Assembly (NCBI GenBank): GCA_963702005.1
Contig: OY969696.1
Location: 3,520,001 to 3,584,000, forward strand
Origin: Candidatus Aminicenantes bacterium
GTDB taxonomy: Bacteria; Acidobacteriota; Aminicenantia; Aminicenantales; JAFGBC01
Direction: 5' to 3'
Length of the DNA stretch: 64,000 nucleotides
Shown: one piece after another, positions 45,222-54,150 of the stretch
Numbering within the stretch: position 1 is the first letter of the stretch
How the letters are laid out: the number at the start of each line of letters is the position of its first letter
Position numbers and translations under genes: made by a program
The notes under the pieces: generated by a model
The model's database searches: none
The model's input: only the letters and a program-made list of their open reading frames with translations
Told to the model about the DNA's origin: nothing

Positions 45222-47705
45222 TTATTCCGATTTCTCTTCCCGGGCTGAGACCGTCCCGTCCCGAGCTTCGATCCGATAAAGCTTGCCACCGAAGGGGATG
45301 CGCCGCATGACGATCGTCGCCTTGAGACCCGTGCCTTGCGCGGGCTCCGGTTTCAAATCGCCCCTTACATCGGCAAGAGCTTCGACGCCTATGAGGCACA
45401 GCAGGGTCCCCCAGGTGTAATGCGGTGCGGCGCCGACGCCCCCGTCCGTGCTGCGGTAGTTCTCGCCGCTCTGGCGCTTGTCTCGCCAGTTGCGCATGAA
45501 AAGCTCGACCGAACGGCGCGCGAATTCCGCCCTACGCTCCGGGGCAGCATAGCGCCGGACGCCCTGCCAGACCAGGTAGTTGGCGGGGGGCCAGACATAG
45601 CCCCGCCAGTAATGCTGTGTCGGCCAGACGGGATCGTCGAAAGCCACCGTGGGCACGAGCCAGGGAAGCCAGAACTTGTCCTCACGGTAGAGCCAGGCCA
45701 GGACTCGCTCCGCGCGCTTGGCGTCGGGCGCGCCGCAGATGAGCGGGTAGAAGTTCATGGGCGTCAGCCTGGTCAGCCAATCGCTTCCTGGAATGCCGGG
45801 AGACAGCGGACTGACGGTCAGGCGGAGCGATGCCGGTTCCTTGTCCCGAAAATATTCGACGACTACGGGGCGAGTTTCCCCGGCCTCAAGACGGACATCG
45901 CCGGAAGCGGGCTCTCCCATCCCGCCCTTCCAGGTGTCGACCAAGAGTTCGCCGCCGACAAAGAGGCGCGCGCCGTCGACGGCGTCGATAATAAAGCGAT
46001 AAAGGCCGGACGCGGGCGGCGTGAAGGTCCCGGTCCAGCGGGCCGCCCAGCGGCCGGCGGGGATGCCTCCGGCCGGGCTGGATTCGCCCCAGTTGAAATC
46101 GAGCCGGACGTCATTCCTGCCGGCCGCTTCTCCACTCAATATCCAGTCGCGAAAAAATTCAGCCTTGAACCCGCCCTTAAACGCCAACTGCGGCAGGAGG
46201 GCCGGACCCGCGGCCAGCGGTACGTCCCAAAGACGGCTGCAGTAGATCCCCAGTTCGTCATTCCAGAGTCGCTTGTTGATCCGCTCGTTCATGGCGTCGC
46301 GCTCGGCCCGGAATCGGGCGGCGTCTCCGGTTTTACCCAGAGCATCGGCGATCAGGGCCAGGTTCTCGGCATCCATGGACCACAAAGCATTGAGATCCAC
46401 GGCGTCTGCGTTCATGGCCGAGCCCGCCATGGCCGTCCCTTCAAAATGGACGTTGTCGTCCCAGCCCGTCTCGAACTGGGCGCCCTGCCACCATCCCTGC
46501 TCCGATCCCCACTCGAGAAGGCCGTTGCGGTTTCCGTCGCGCGCGGCCGGCCACCAGTCGTGCCAGCGGACGAGCTTCGGGTAGACCCCGGCTAGGAAGG
46601 CCTTGTCCGGCCAGCGCTGGTGCATTTTCCAGACGCAGAGGGACCCGACCGGAGGCATGGACCGATGCAAAGTCACGTAGGTGTTGTTCTCGGCGCCCCA
46701 GTGGGAAAAGCTGGGGATGAAGCCGGCCGGCGTCTGAAAGGAGAGCACGGCCCGGACGGTGTCGCGGCCACCCCCGGGATCATCGAAGCCGGCCAGCAGG
46801 CCGTGAAAGAAATAATCCCAGAGAAAATAAGGATAGAGGTCGGCGTTTCCCTCGAAATCGCTCTGGTGGGACAGCCACCAGCCGCGTCCGCAGGCGTGGG
46901 CGATCCGGCCGTTGTCGCTCCCGTAAAGCCGGGCGTTGTTCAGGACATCGCCCATCGCGCCCAGAAAATCGCCCCAGTCGCCTTCGGCCGCGGGGCGGCG
47001 CGCCGTATAGCGCTCGGCGGCGGCCCGGAGGCTTTTCTCGATTCCCTCTAAAGGCGGAGCTGCGCCGACGCCGGCGGCAAACCGGACGGGCTTCCGCGGC
47101 TCAAGGGCGAGGACGACCTCGGCCTCGGGCGTCCAGTTCGCCCGGACCTGGGCGGGAGGCGGGCTCGTCCGGAAAACGAACGGGATATAGGCGCCGCGCG
47201 GCGCGATCCCGTATCCTTCGATGCCGTCGGGGGCGGCCTTGTAAATCGTGTGGAATTGAAGCCATGTCTTGGGCAGGCGTAGAGACAGGGAAGTCGGGCG
47301 GTCGGTTTCGATTATACCTATGACGCCCGCCGCGCCGGATCGCCCCCAGCTGAAGCGGACCGTCGCGTCCGCCTGCCGGAATTCGGCCCGGACATACGAG
47401 AAGTCGGGCGCGGCCGTTCCCGGCGCCATGAGCGCGGCGTCCCTGGCGGCGTATCTCGATTTCAGGCCGGGGTCGTCCCAAACCGGGTCGATAAGGAAGG
47501 CCGTTTCATCGTCGACGATGATGGCGATTCCGTAGGGGGCTTCGACGAAATAGTTGCCGATCTTTACCGATGCTGCCCCGATTTCCTTCACGGCCATATG
47601 ACTTCGGGCGTTTCTGCCGCCCTCTCCCCGCCGGCTGATTCCGGCCAGAAGGAACGGCAGAAGGACCATCAACCCACCGATCAGGATTCTGCGCTTGTTT
47701 ATCAT
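45222..47705 (-). CDS. GH63/MGH1-like glycoside hydrolase with inserted PA14 domain
   Basis: FLWDYFF, ETGWDDN, VDLNAL, YWRGYVWPP, GENY; PA14-like LDFNWG..WAARWTG..DGARLFV; start uncertain. Confidence 0.8.
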   Translation of the reverse strand: MINKRRILIGGLMVLLPFLLAGISRRGEGGRNARSHMAVKEIGAASVKIGNYFVEAPYGIAIIVDDETAFLIDPVWDDPGLKSRYAARDAALMAPGTAAPDFSYVRAEFRQADATVRFSWGRSGAAGVIGIIETDRPTSLSLRLPKTWLQFHTIYKAAPDGIEGYGIAPRGAYIPFVFRTSPPPAQVRANWTPEAEVVLALEPRKPVRFAAGVGAAPPLEGIEKSLRAAAERYTARRPAAEGDWGDFLGAMGDVLNNARLYGSDNGRIAHACGRGWWLSHQSDFEGNADLYPYFLWDYFFHGLLAGFDDPGGGRDTVRAVLSFQTPAGFIPSFSHWGAENNTYVTLHRSMPPVGSLCVWKMHQRWPDKAFLAGVYPKLVRWHDWWPAARDGNRNGLLEWGSEQGWWQGAQFETGWDDNVHFEGTAMAGSAMNADAVDLNALWSMDAENLALIADALGKTGDAARFRAERDAMNERINKRLWNDELGIYCSRLWDVPLAAGPALLPQLAFKGGFKAEFFRDWILSGEAAGRNDVRLDFNWGESSPAGGIPAGRWAARWTGTFTPPASGLYRFIIDAVDGARLFVGGELLVDTWKGGMGEPASGDVRLEAGETRPVVVEYFRDKEPASLRLTVSPLSPGIPGSDWLTRLTPMNFYPLICGAPDAKRAERVLAWLYREDKFWLPWLVPTVAFDDPVWPTQHYWRGYVWPPANYLVWQGVRRYAAPERRAEFARRSVELFMRNWRDKRQSGENYRSTDGGVGAAPHYTWGTLLCLIGVEALADVRGDLKPEPAQGTGLKATIVMRRIPFGGKLYRIEARDGTVSAREEKSE

Positions 47706-47818
47706 GGCCTTTAACCTCATGGGCATTCTATCCGAATTCAGGCCTCCCAACCAAGGCCGGACTTTCGTCCAGAACCTTCGCGGGGCGGATTTCGTATAGC
47801 TCTATGGAGGTACCCACC

Positions 47819-48532
47819 ATGACACGGAATACCCGATTAGCGGCGCTCGCTGTTTTGACGATAGTGGCTGCCGTCGCGGCCTGCGAACACGTCTCCGATA
47901 CGCGGACGGAACGCAAGGCCGTGGACTTGGGCGGAGCGACCTCCGCCGAAGTCCGGATCAAGATGGGGGCGGGCGAGCTCCAACTGGAGGGCGGCGCCCC
48001 CGGCCTCATGGACGCTTCCTTCACGACCAACGTCCGGCGTTGGGAGCCCCGGATCGAATACGACGTCTTCGGGGGCAAAGGCCGGCTCTCGGTCGCGCAG
48101 AGGAGGGGGGGCGGCGTGTTCCTGGGCCGCTCCAAGAACGAATGGGACATCCGCCTGGGCGGCGCCGTTCCGATCGACCTCGAAGTCGGCCTCGGCGCGG
48201 GCGAGAGCAAGCTCGACCTGCGCGGTCTCGACCTCCGCTCCCTCGAGATCAACATGGGCGTCGGCGAGATGAAGCTCGACCTCAGCGGCGTCCTCAAGCA
48301 GAGCCTCCGGGCCACGATCGACGGCGGCGTCGGCCACGGGACGATCGTCCTCCCCCGCGATGTCGGCGTCAAGGTCGAAGTCGACGGCGGGCTGGGCTCG
48401 ATCGACGCCCACGGCCTGACCAAGGTCGGCCGCGGCCATGTCTATACCAACGACGCTTACGGACGGTCGCAGATCACGCTCGAGCTCAAGATCGACGCCG
48501 GGATCGGCAGCATCGACCTTAGGGTGCTCTGA
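47819..48532 (+). CDS. Toast-rack/DUF2154-like putative lipoprotein
   Basis: VAAC lipobox-like; MGAGEL, LGAGES, MGVGEM, GGVG and GIGSI repeats. Confidence 0.75.
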   Translation: MTRNTRLAALAVLTIVAAVAACEHVSDTRTERKAVDLGGATSAEVRIKMGAGELQLEGGAPGLMDASFTTNVRRWEPRIEYDVFGGKGRLSVAQRRGGGVFLGRSKNEWDIRLGGAVPIDLEVGLGAGESKLDLRGLDLRSLEINMGVGEMKLDLSGVLKQSLRATIDGGVGHGTIVLPRDVGVKVEVDGGLGSIDAHGLTKVGRGHVYTNDAYGRSQITLELKIDAGIGSIDLRVL

Positions 48533-48601
48533 GGGACCGGAGATCCCTTCGGCGTTTTCACGGCCTTGTCTTGGCCGGCGCGGATGTGATATAAACGAGC
48601 C

Positions 48602-48943
48602 ATGAAGCCCGACCAGGCCCGCCGCGAGAAACTGGCCGACATCCTCCACCCGACGACGGAAGCCCAGTCGTTCCGGATCACGATCGTCTTTGGGTACAAG
48701 ATGACTTCCGACTACGAGAAAGCGGTCGCCCTCGCCAAGACCAACCCGACCTACACGGAGGAGGGCGAGGGAGAATGGATCCGCCGCTCGGCGACCTTTA
48801 CGCCCGAGAGCGTCGACGACCTGTTCGACCTCTTCAACCTGGTCCACGACTGGGACACGACCGAGGTCCTGGTCAATCACAAGAAAATCCCCTACGGCCA
48901 TCAGCTCTGGCTCCCCTTGATGTGGTTCTACCGCATCAAGTAA
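48602..48943 (+). CDS. Hypothetical protein
   Basis: Strong GC3 codon bias; ends YGHQLWLPLMWF. Confidence 0.65.
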   Translation: MKPDQARREKLADILHPTTEAQSFRITIVFGYKMTSDYEKAVALAKTNPTYTEEGEGEWIRRSATFTPESVDDLFDLFNLVHDWDTTEVLVNHKKIPYGHQLWLPLMWFYRIK

Positions 48944-49046
48944 TCTCGACCGCCGTGTTTTCCCACCCGCATTTGACCCGCTGTCCGATCTGTGGTATTA
49001 GTCTCAATTCTCCCCTTGGAGACGATCTCTCCGGAGGGAGCGAGGC

Positions 49047-49718
49047 ATGATCGAGAGACGTAAGCTTTTGTCCGCGGTCGTCGTCGTCTCCTTGGCCGTC
49101 TGCCTGGATGTCCTCGCGCCCCCGAGGCTGGAAGCCGACGGGAAGTCCAAACAGGGATTCTTCCTGAGCGCCCTGGGAGTCCAGACGAGCCTGGGGGGCG
49201 ACCTGGACGGAAAGACGTCCATCTCGGACGGTCAAGAGACGTTTCTCGTCCCGAAGATCAACCGGGCCGCCGGCTACGGCCTGAGCCTGGGCCACCGCGC
49301 CGAGACCTTCTCCCAGGAGATCAGCTATTATCAAGTCGAGCATACCCTGGTCTGGAAAGATCTCGGCTCCAAGGCGACCTCTCACTGGCTGGAATACGTC
49401 CCGAAGTTCTACTTGACCACGCGGAGCGCCCTCCAGCCCTTCACCTCGTTGGCCGTAAGCTATATGTGGCTGACCGCCGAGAACTGCTCGTCGCTGGGAG
49501 GGAAAACCGGGAACGCCACCTATTACGGCTTGGGCCTCAACCTCTCGGGCGGGCTCTCGCTTTACCTCCATCCCCAGCTCGCCCTCCAGGGCTCCGGAGG
49601 CTACAGGATTCTCATGGTGGGCCGCGTCAAGGGCGTGAGCGGAAAGGCCCAGACGATCGAGAAGACGATCTGGGCCGACGGCCCCTCTTTCTCCGGCTGT
49701 CTAACGTTTACTTTTTAA
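49047..49718 (+). CDS. Outer-membrane beta-barrel protein
   Basis: Signal peptide, amphipathic strands, terminal LTFTF. Confidence 0.7.
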   Translation: MIERRKLLSAVVVVSLAVCLDVLAPPRLEADGKSKQGFFLSALGVQTSLGGDLDGKTSISDGQETFLVPKINRAAGYGLSLGHRAETFSQEISYYQVEHTLVWKDLGSKATSHWLEYVPKFYLTTRSALQPFTSLAVSYMWLTAENCSSLGGKTGNATYYGLGLNLSGGLSLYLHPQLALQGSGGYRILMVGRVKGVSGKAQTIEKTIWADGPSFSGCLTFTF

Positions 49719-51097
49719 ATCTCTTCGAGACGGGCGGTGAAGTGGCGGAGGAAGGGGGATTGGCGGATAATGCGCAAGCCGCGGATCTTGGCCTTGACCT
49801 TGGCGACCCGAGTGAACGCGTCCGCGACGGCGTTGAGGTGGGACACGGTATAGACGCGGCGCGGGACGGCCAGCCGGACCATTTCGAGCTCAGGGTAGAC
49901 CTCACGCCCCGTCCGCGGATCTTTTCTTCCGAACATGACGCCCCCGATCTCGACGGCCCTGATGCCGGCCTCCCGATACAGGGCGAGGGTCAGGGCCCAC
50001 CCCGGATAGCGGTGCCTGGGGATGTGAGGCAGGAAGCGGTCGGCTAAAACATAGACGGCGTGGCCGCCCACGGGCTTGACGATGGGAACGCCCCGCTCTT
50101 CGAGGAGCTTTCCCAGGTAGGCGACGTGGCCGGTCCGGTATTCGAGGTAATCCTCGTCGAGGACCTCTTCCAGGCCTTGGGCCATGGCTTCCAAGTCGCG
50201 GCCGGCCAGCCCGCCGTAGGTCGGAAAACCCTCGCTGATGATGAGGGCGTTCTTGAGCCGCTCGGCCAGCCCGTCGTCGTTGAGGGTCAGGAACCCGCCG
50301 ATGTTGACGAGGGCATCCTTCTTGGCGCTCATGGTCGCCCCGTCGGCGTGCGAGAACATCTCGCGGGCGATCGCCAGGATGGACTTCCGCCCGTAGCCCT
50401 TCTCGCGCCGCTTGATGAAGTAGGCGTTCTCGGCGAAGCGGCAGGCGTCGAAGAAGAAGGGGATCCGGTGCCGCCGCAGGAGGCGGCCGACCTCGCGGAT
50501 ATTGGCCATGGACACGGGCTGCCCGCCCCCGCTGTTGTTGGTGATCGTCATCATGGACAGCGGGATCCGCTTGGCGCCCTTTCTCCCGATAAAGGCCGCA
50601 AGCTTGGCCGTGTCCAGGTTGCCTTTGAAGGGCGCGTCGAGGTCGGGATCGCCGGCCTCCGCGACGACAAGATCGACGGCCTCGCCGCCGCGGACCTCGA
50701 CGTTGGCCCGGGTCGTGTCGAAATGGATATTGTTGGGGACGGCGTCTCCTTTTTTCAGGAGCGTTTCGAACAGGATCCGTTCGGCGGCCCGGCCCTGGTG
50801 GGTGGGGATGACGTGCTTGAACCCGAAGATCCGCTTGACGGCGGCCTCAAACCGGAAGAAGCTGCGGGCCCCGGCGTAAGACTCATCGCCGACCATGAGC
50901 GCGGACCACTGGCGGTCGCTCATGGCCGAGGTCCCCGAGTCGGTCAGGAGGTCGATGAAGACCTTATCGGCCGGGATGGCAAAGACGTTGAGGCCGGCCG
51001 CCCTCAAAGCTTTTTCGCGCTCGGCGCGCGGGGTCCGGCGGATGGGCTCGACGGTCTTGATCTTAAACGGCTCGACGGGCATCCGCTGCTCCGGCAT
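49715..51097 (-). CDS. tnaA: Tryptophanase (beta-eliminating lyase; tyrosine phenol-lyase not excluded)
   Basis: EPFKIKTVE, IDLLTDSGT, HQGRAAE, MSAKKD PLP site, EGFPTYGGL, LRHFTAR. Confidence 0.85.
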   Translation of the reverse strand: MPEQRMPVEPFKIKTVEPIRRTPRAEREKALRAAGLNVFAIPADKVFIDLLTDSGTSAMSDRQWSALMVGDESYAGARSFFRFEAAVKRIFGFKHVIPTHQGRAAERILFETLLKKGDAVPNNIHFDTTRANVEVRGGEAVDLVVAEAGDPDLDAPFKGNLDTAKLAAFIGRKGAKRIPLSMMTITNNSGGGQPVSMANIREVGRLLRRHRIPFFFDACRFAENAYFIKRREKGYGRKSILAIAREMFSHADGATMSAKKDALVNIGGFLTLNDDGLAERLKNALIISEGFPTYGGLAGRDLEAMAQGLEEVLDEDYLEYRTGHVAYLGKLLEERGVPIVKPVGGHAVYVLADRFLPHIPRHRYPGWALTLALYREAGIRAVEIGGVMFGRKDPRTGREVYPELEMVRLAVPRRVYTVSHLNAVADAFTRVAKVKAKIRGLRIIRQSPFLRHFTARLEEI

Positions 51098-51139
51098 GAT
51101 CTCCTCCTGCGCTCGCGCGATTCCGCGCTCGATCCTCGT

Positions 51140-52042
51140 TTAGAACGACACCAGGCGCTTGAATTCTTTAAAGCGCTCCTCGATCTCACACCGGGTCAGG
51201 GTTTTGAAGCGCTCGATCCCGAAGTCCTCGATGGCGAACGAGGCGATGACGCTCCCGAACACGGCCGCCCGGCGGATCTCGGCCGGACCGCGCCGGCCGG
51301 CCTTGTCCAGCGCGCCCAGAAAGCCCCCCGCGAAGCTATCGCCCGCCCCGGTCGGGTCGACGACGTCCTCGCAGGGGTGGGCCAGAACCCCGAACAGGAA
51401 GTCTTTGCTGAAGACGAGCGCGCCGTGCTCGCCCTTCTTGACGATGATAATGCGCGGCCCGCGCCCGAGGAGGCGGCGGCCCGCCTTGATCAGATTGGCC
51501 TCCTCGGCCAGCAGCTTGGCCTCCTCGTCGTTGGCGAAGAGGACGTCGACGCCGCCGAGCGTGCGAAAAAGCGCCTCGGGCTTGGTCTCGATCCAGAACC
51601 GGATCGTGTCCAGGGCGACCAGGGCCGGGCGTTCGCGGAGCTGGGCGAGGACGGGCCCGGCCAGGTCGGGGTCGATGTTGGCCAGGAAGACGATGTCGGC
51701 TTTCCGGTAGGAGGGCGGAAGCTCGGGCTTGAAGTCCCGGAAAACGTTGAGGTCGGTCCTGATCGTCGTCCGCTGGTTGGGATCGCTGCCGTAGCGGCCT
51801 TCCCAATGGAAGGTTTTGCCGGGCTTGATCTGGAGGCCGCGGAGGTCGATCTTCCGCGACTCGAGAAGCTCGATCGTCTTGCGGGGAAAGTCCTTGCCGA
51901 CGACGCCGACGACCTTGGGCCGGGTGAAGAAGCTCGCGGCCAGCGCGCAGTAGGTCCCGGAGCCGCCGACGATCCGCTCGCGCCGCTCGAAGGGCGTCTC
52001 GATCGTGTCGAAGGCCAGCGATCCAATGATGACGAGACTCAT
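51140..52042 (-). CDS. PfkB family carbohydrate/nucleoside kinase
   Basis: GGSGTY, KKGEHG, DPTGAGDSFAGG. Confidence 0.9.
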   Translation of the reverse strand: MSLVIIGSLAFDTIETPFERRERIVGGSGTYCALAASFFTRPKVVGVVGKDFPRKTIELLESRKIDLRGLQIKPGKTFHWEGRYGSDPNQRTTIRTDLNVFRDFKPELPPSYRKADIVFLANIDPDLAGPVLAQLRERPALVALDTIRFWIETKPEALFRTLGGVDVLFANDEEAKLLAEEANLIKAGRRLLGRGPRIIIVKKGEHGALVFSKDFLFGVLAHPCEDVVDPTGAGDSFAGGFLGALDKAGRRGPAEIRRAAVFGSVIASFAIEDFGIERFKTLTRCEIEERFKEFKRLVSF

Positions 52043-52053
52043 GGCGTCTCCGG

Positions 52054-52992
52054 TCAGCGCGCCAGGTATTTCCCGATCAGGGGCTTGAGGGCGGCCTTGG
52101 TCTTCCGCGGGATGAGGTCGGGCCGGGTCACGATCGTGTTTTTGAGCGCCGTCGCGCAGCCGCAGGCCGCTCCCCGCGCTTGGGGCAGGGCGGCCAGGGC
52201 TTTCTTGATGACGGCCTTGGCGTTTCCGATGTTGAGCTTAAGGTTATCCAGGATCATCTCGACCGTGACCGGCTCCTCCTCCTCGTGCCAGACGTCGTAG
52301 TCGGTAACGAGGTTCATGGTCGTGTAGCAGATCTCGGCCTCCCGGGACAGGCGGGCTTCGGTCGCGCCCGTCATCCCGATGACGGACCCTCCCCAGAGGC
52401 GATAGGCCTTGGATTCGGCTTTGGTCGAGAAGGCCGGACCCTCGATGCAGATATAGGTCCCGCCCAGGTGGGAGCGGAGGCCGAGGCCGCGGGCGGCTTC
52501 GTAGAGGGAGCGGGAAAGGTCGGCGCAAACGGGCTCGGCGAAGGAGATGTGGGCCGCGATTCCGTTTCCAAAGAATGTATTGGGCCGCCGCGTCCGGTCG
52601 AAGAATTGGCCGGCGAAGACGATATCCCGGGGCTCGATGTCCTCATTGAGGGACCCGACAGAGTTGACCGAGATGATGCGTCCGACGCCGAGAAGCTTGA
52701 ACCCGAAGATGTTGGCGCGGTAGTTGACCTCGGCCGGAAGGAAGCGATGGCCCCGGCCGTGGCGGCTCAGGAAGGCGACCCGCTTTCCCTCGAGCCTACC
52801 GATGATATAGGCGTCGGAAGGCCTCCCGAAGGGGGTCGAAAGCCTGACCTCCCGGATGTCCCGGATGCCCTCGATCTCGTAGAGGCCGGTCCCGCCCAGG
52901 ATGCCGATATCGGCACGGGGCGGAGGGGAGGGGCGGATGGCCGCCTTCCGGGAAGCGGTTTTATTATGAACTCTTGCCTTCGACTTGGCCAT
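52054..52992 (-). CDS. mtnP: S-methyl-5'-thioadenosine phosphorylase
   Basis: GILGGTG, RHGRGH, EGPAFSTKAES, IGMT, VTDYDVW. Confidence 0.92.
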   Translation of the reverse strand: MAKSKARVHNKTASRKAAIRPSPPPRADIGILGGTGLYEIEGIRDIREVRLSTPFGRPSDAYIIGRLEGKRVAFLSRHGRGHRFLPAEVNYRANIFGFKLLGVGRIISVNSVGSLNEDIEPRDIVFAGQFFDRTRRPNTFFGNGIAAHISFAEPVCADLSRSLYEAARGLGLRSHLGGTYICIEGPAFSTKAESKAYRLWGGSVIGMTGATEARLSREAEICYTTMNLVTDYDVWHEEEEPVTVEMILDNLKLNIGNAKAVIKKALAALPQARGAACGCATALKNTIVTRPDLIPRKTKAALKPLIGKYLAR

Positions 52993-53093
52993 GACGTTCC
53001 TCCTTGGACGAACCTAATCTATATAATGCCCGGGGAGGCCAAGTCAACCCCTCGACACTCATGGAAGCCCTGAGTGCTGCAAGGCTGCTGCCT

Positions 53094-53195
53094 GTCCCCG
53101 AAGCGGGGAATTCGCTACCGAAGCTCCGCACTTTGACTTCAGCAGCTCTGCGCTTCGCCAACGTCGGAGCGCCTGTCCCGCGAAGGGGATTGAAA
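53094..53195. repeat. Degenerate palindromic MITE-like unit, copy A
   Basis: Shares a 24-nt block (GTCCCCGAAGCGGGGAATTCGCTA) and a 16-nt block (TCCCGCGAAGGGGATT) with 57345-57472. Confidence 0.7.
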
Positions 53196-53276
53196 ATAAT
53201 TTTTTGGACAGCTCCATTGGGCGGATTTGTTTTTCTCGGCCGGACGCGTTATGCTGGAAAGACTCGGAAGCGATCC

Positions 53277-54011
53277 ATGGACCGAAGTCTCCTCGAAGCC
53301 GCGGCCGATCTTCTCCGGAAGGCCAAGACCGTGGCCGTTTTGACCGGGGCGGGGATCTCGGCCGAATCGGGCGTGCCTACCTTTCGGGGGAAGGACGGCC
53401 TCTGGAAGCGGTTCCGGGCCGAGGACCTGGCCACCCCGGAGGCCTTCGCACGCGATCCAAAGCTTGTCTGGGAGTGGTATCGCTGGCGCCGCGGCTTGAT
53501 GCGAGACGTCGCTCCCAACCCGGGCCACTCGACCCTTGCCCGTTGGGAGACCCGTTTCGACCGGCTCGACATCATCACCCAAAACATTGACGGACTCCAC
53601 GCCAAGGCCGGCTCAAAAAACATCATTGAACTCCATGGAAATATCTGGAAAACCCGCTGCACACAAGAAGGGACGGTGTTCGAGCCCGGAGCGGCGCAGG
53701 CGGAGGAATCCCTTCCCCGCTGCCCGAATTGCGGCGCCCTTCTCCGGCCTCATGTCGTCTGGTTTGGAGAGATGCTGGACCGGAAGGTTCTGGAGAAGGC
53801 CTTCACCCTGAGCGCCGCCTGCCGGGTCATGCTCGTCGTAGGAACATCAGCCTATGTTCAGCCCGCGGCCTCCCTTCCCCTGACCGCGGTTCAGGCCGGG
53901 GCAGGCCTGATCGAGATTAATCCCGAGCCGACGCCCTTGACCGAGATGTCCCACCTATTCCTGCGCGGGAAGTCCGGCGAGATCTTGCCCGCGCTCGAAG
54001 CCGCGATCTGA
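53277..54011 (+). CDS. cobB: NAD-dependent protein deacylase (class III sirtuin)
   Basis: GAGISAESG, WYRWRR, TQNIDGLH, HG, VVWFGE. Confidence 0.93.
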   Translation: MDRSLLEAAADLLRKAKTVAVLTGAGISAESGVPTFRGKDGLWKRFRAEDLATPEAFARDPKLVWEWYRWRRGLMRDVAPNPGHSTLARWETRFDRLDIITQNIDGLHAKAGSKNIIELHGNIWKTRCTQEGTVFEPGAAQAEESLPRCPNCGALLRPHVVWFGEMLDRKVLEKAFTLSAACRVMLVVGTSAYVQPAASLPLTAVQAGAGLIEINPEPTPLTEMSHLFLRGKSGEILPALEAAI

Positions 54012-54013
54012 GA

Positions 54014-54113
54014 TCAGCCCTTCCAGAGGCCGAGCTGGACAAGGAAGAAGGCTTTAGAGTGGTCGCGGATCCCGGATTTGAAGCCTCCGTTCTCGGAGCT
54101 GCGGCGGCCGGGG
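54014..54113 (-). pseudogene. Internally deleted relic paralog of the SnoaL-like gene
   Basis: 54014-54040 matches 56353-56379 at 26/27 nt; about 54048-54113 resembles about 56594-56659. Confidence 0.75.
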
Positions 54114-54150
54114 CCGTCAGTTTTGGAGGTCCGCAACGCCGAGGGATTCG

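Noticed and set aside
50060-52300. Long antisense ORFs (746 aa here; also 30618-32672, 33099-34775, 26720-28294, 13941-15413)
   Set aside because: Shadow frames of high-GC3 genes on the opposite strand, with no protein motifs
53004-53276. 91-aa N-terminal extension on CobB in the ORF track
   Set aside because: Read-through across the mtnP promoter region and MITE-like repeat; the sirtuin domain begins near ATG 53277
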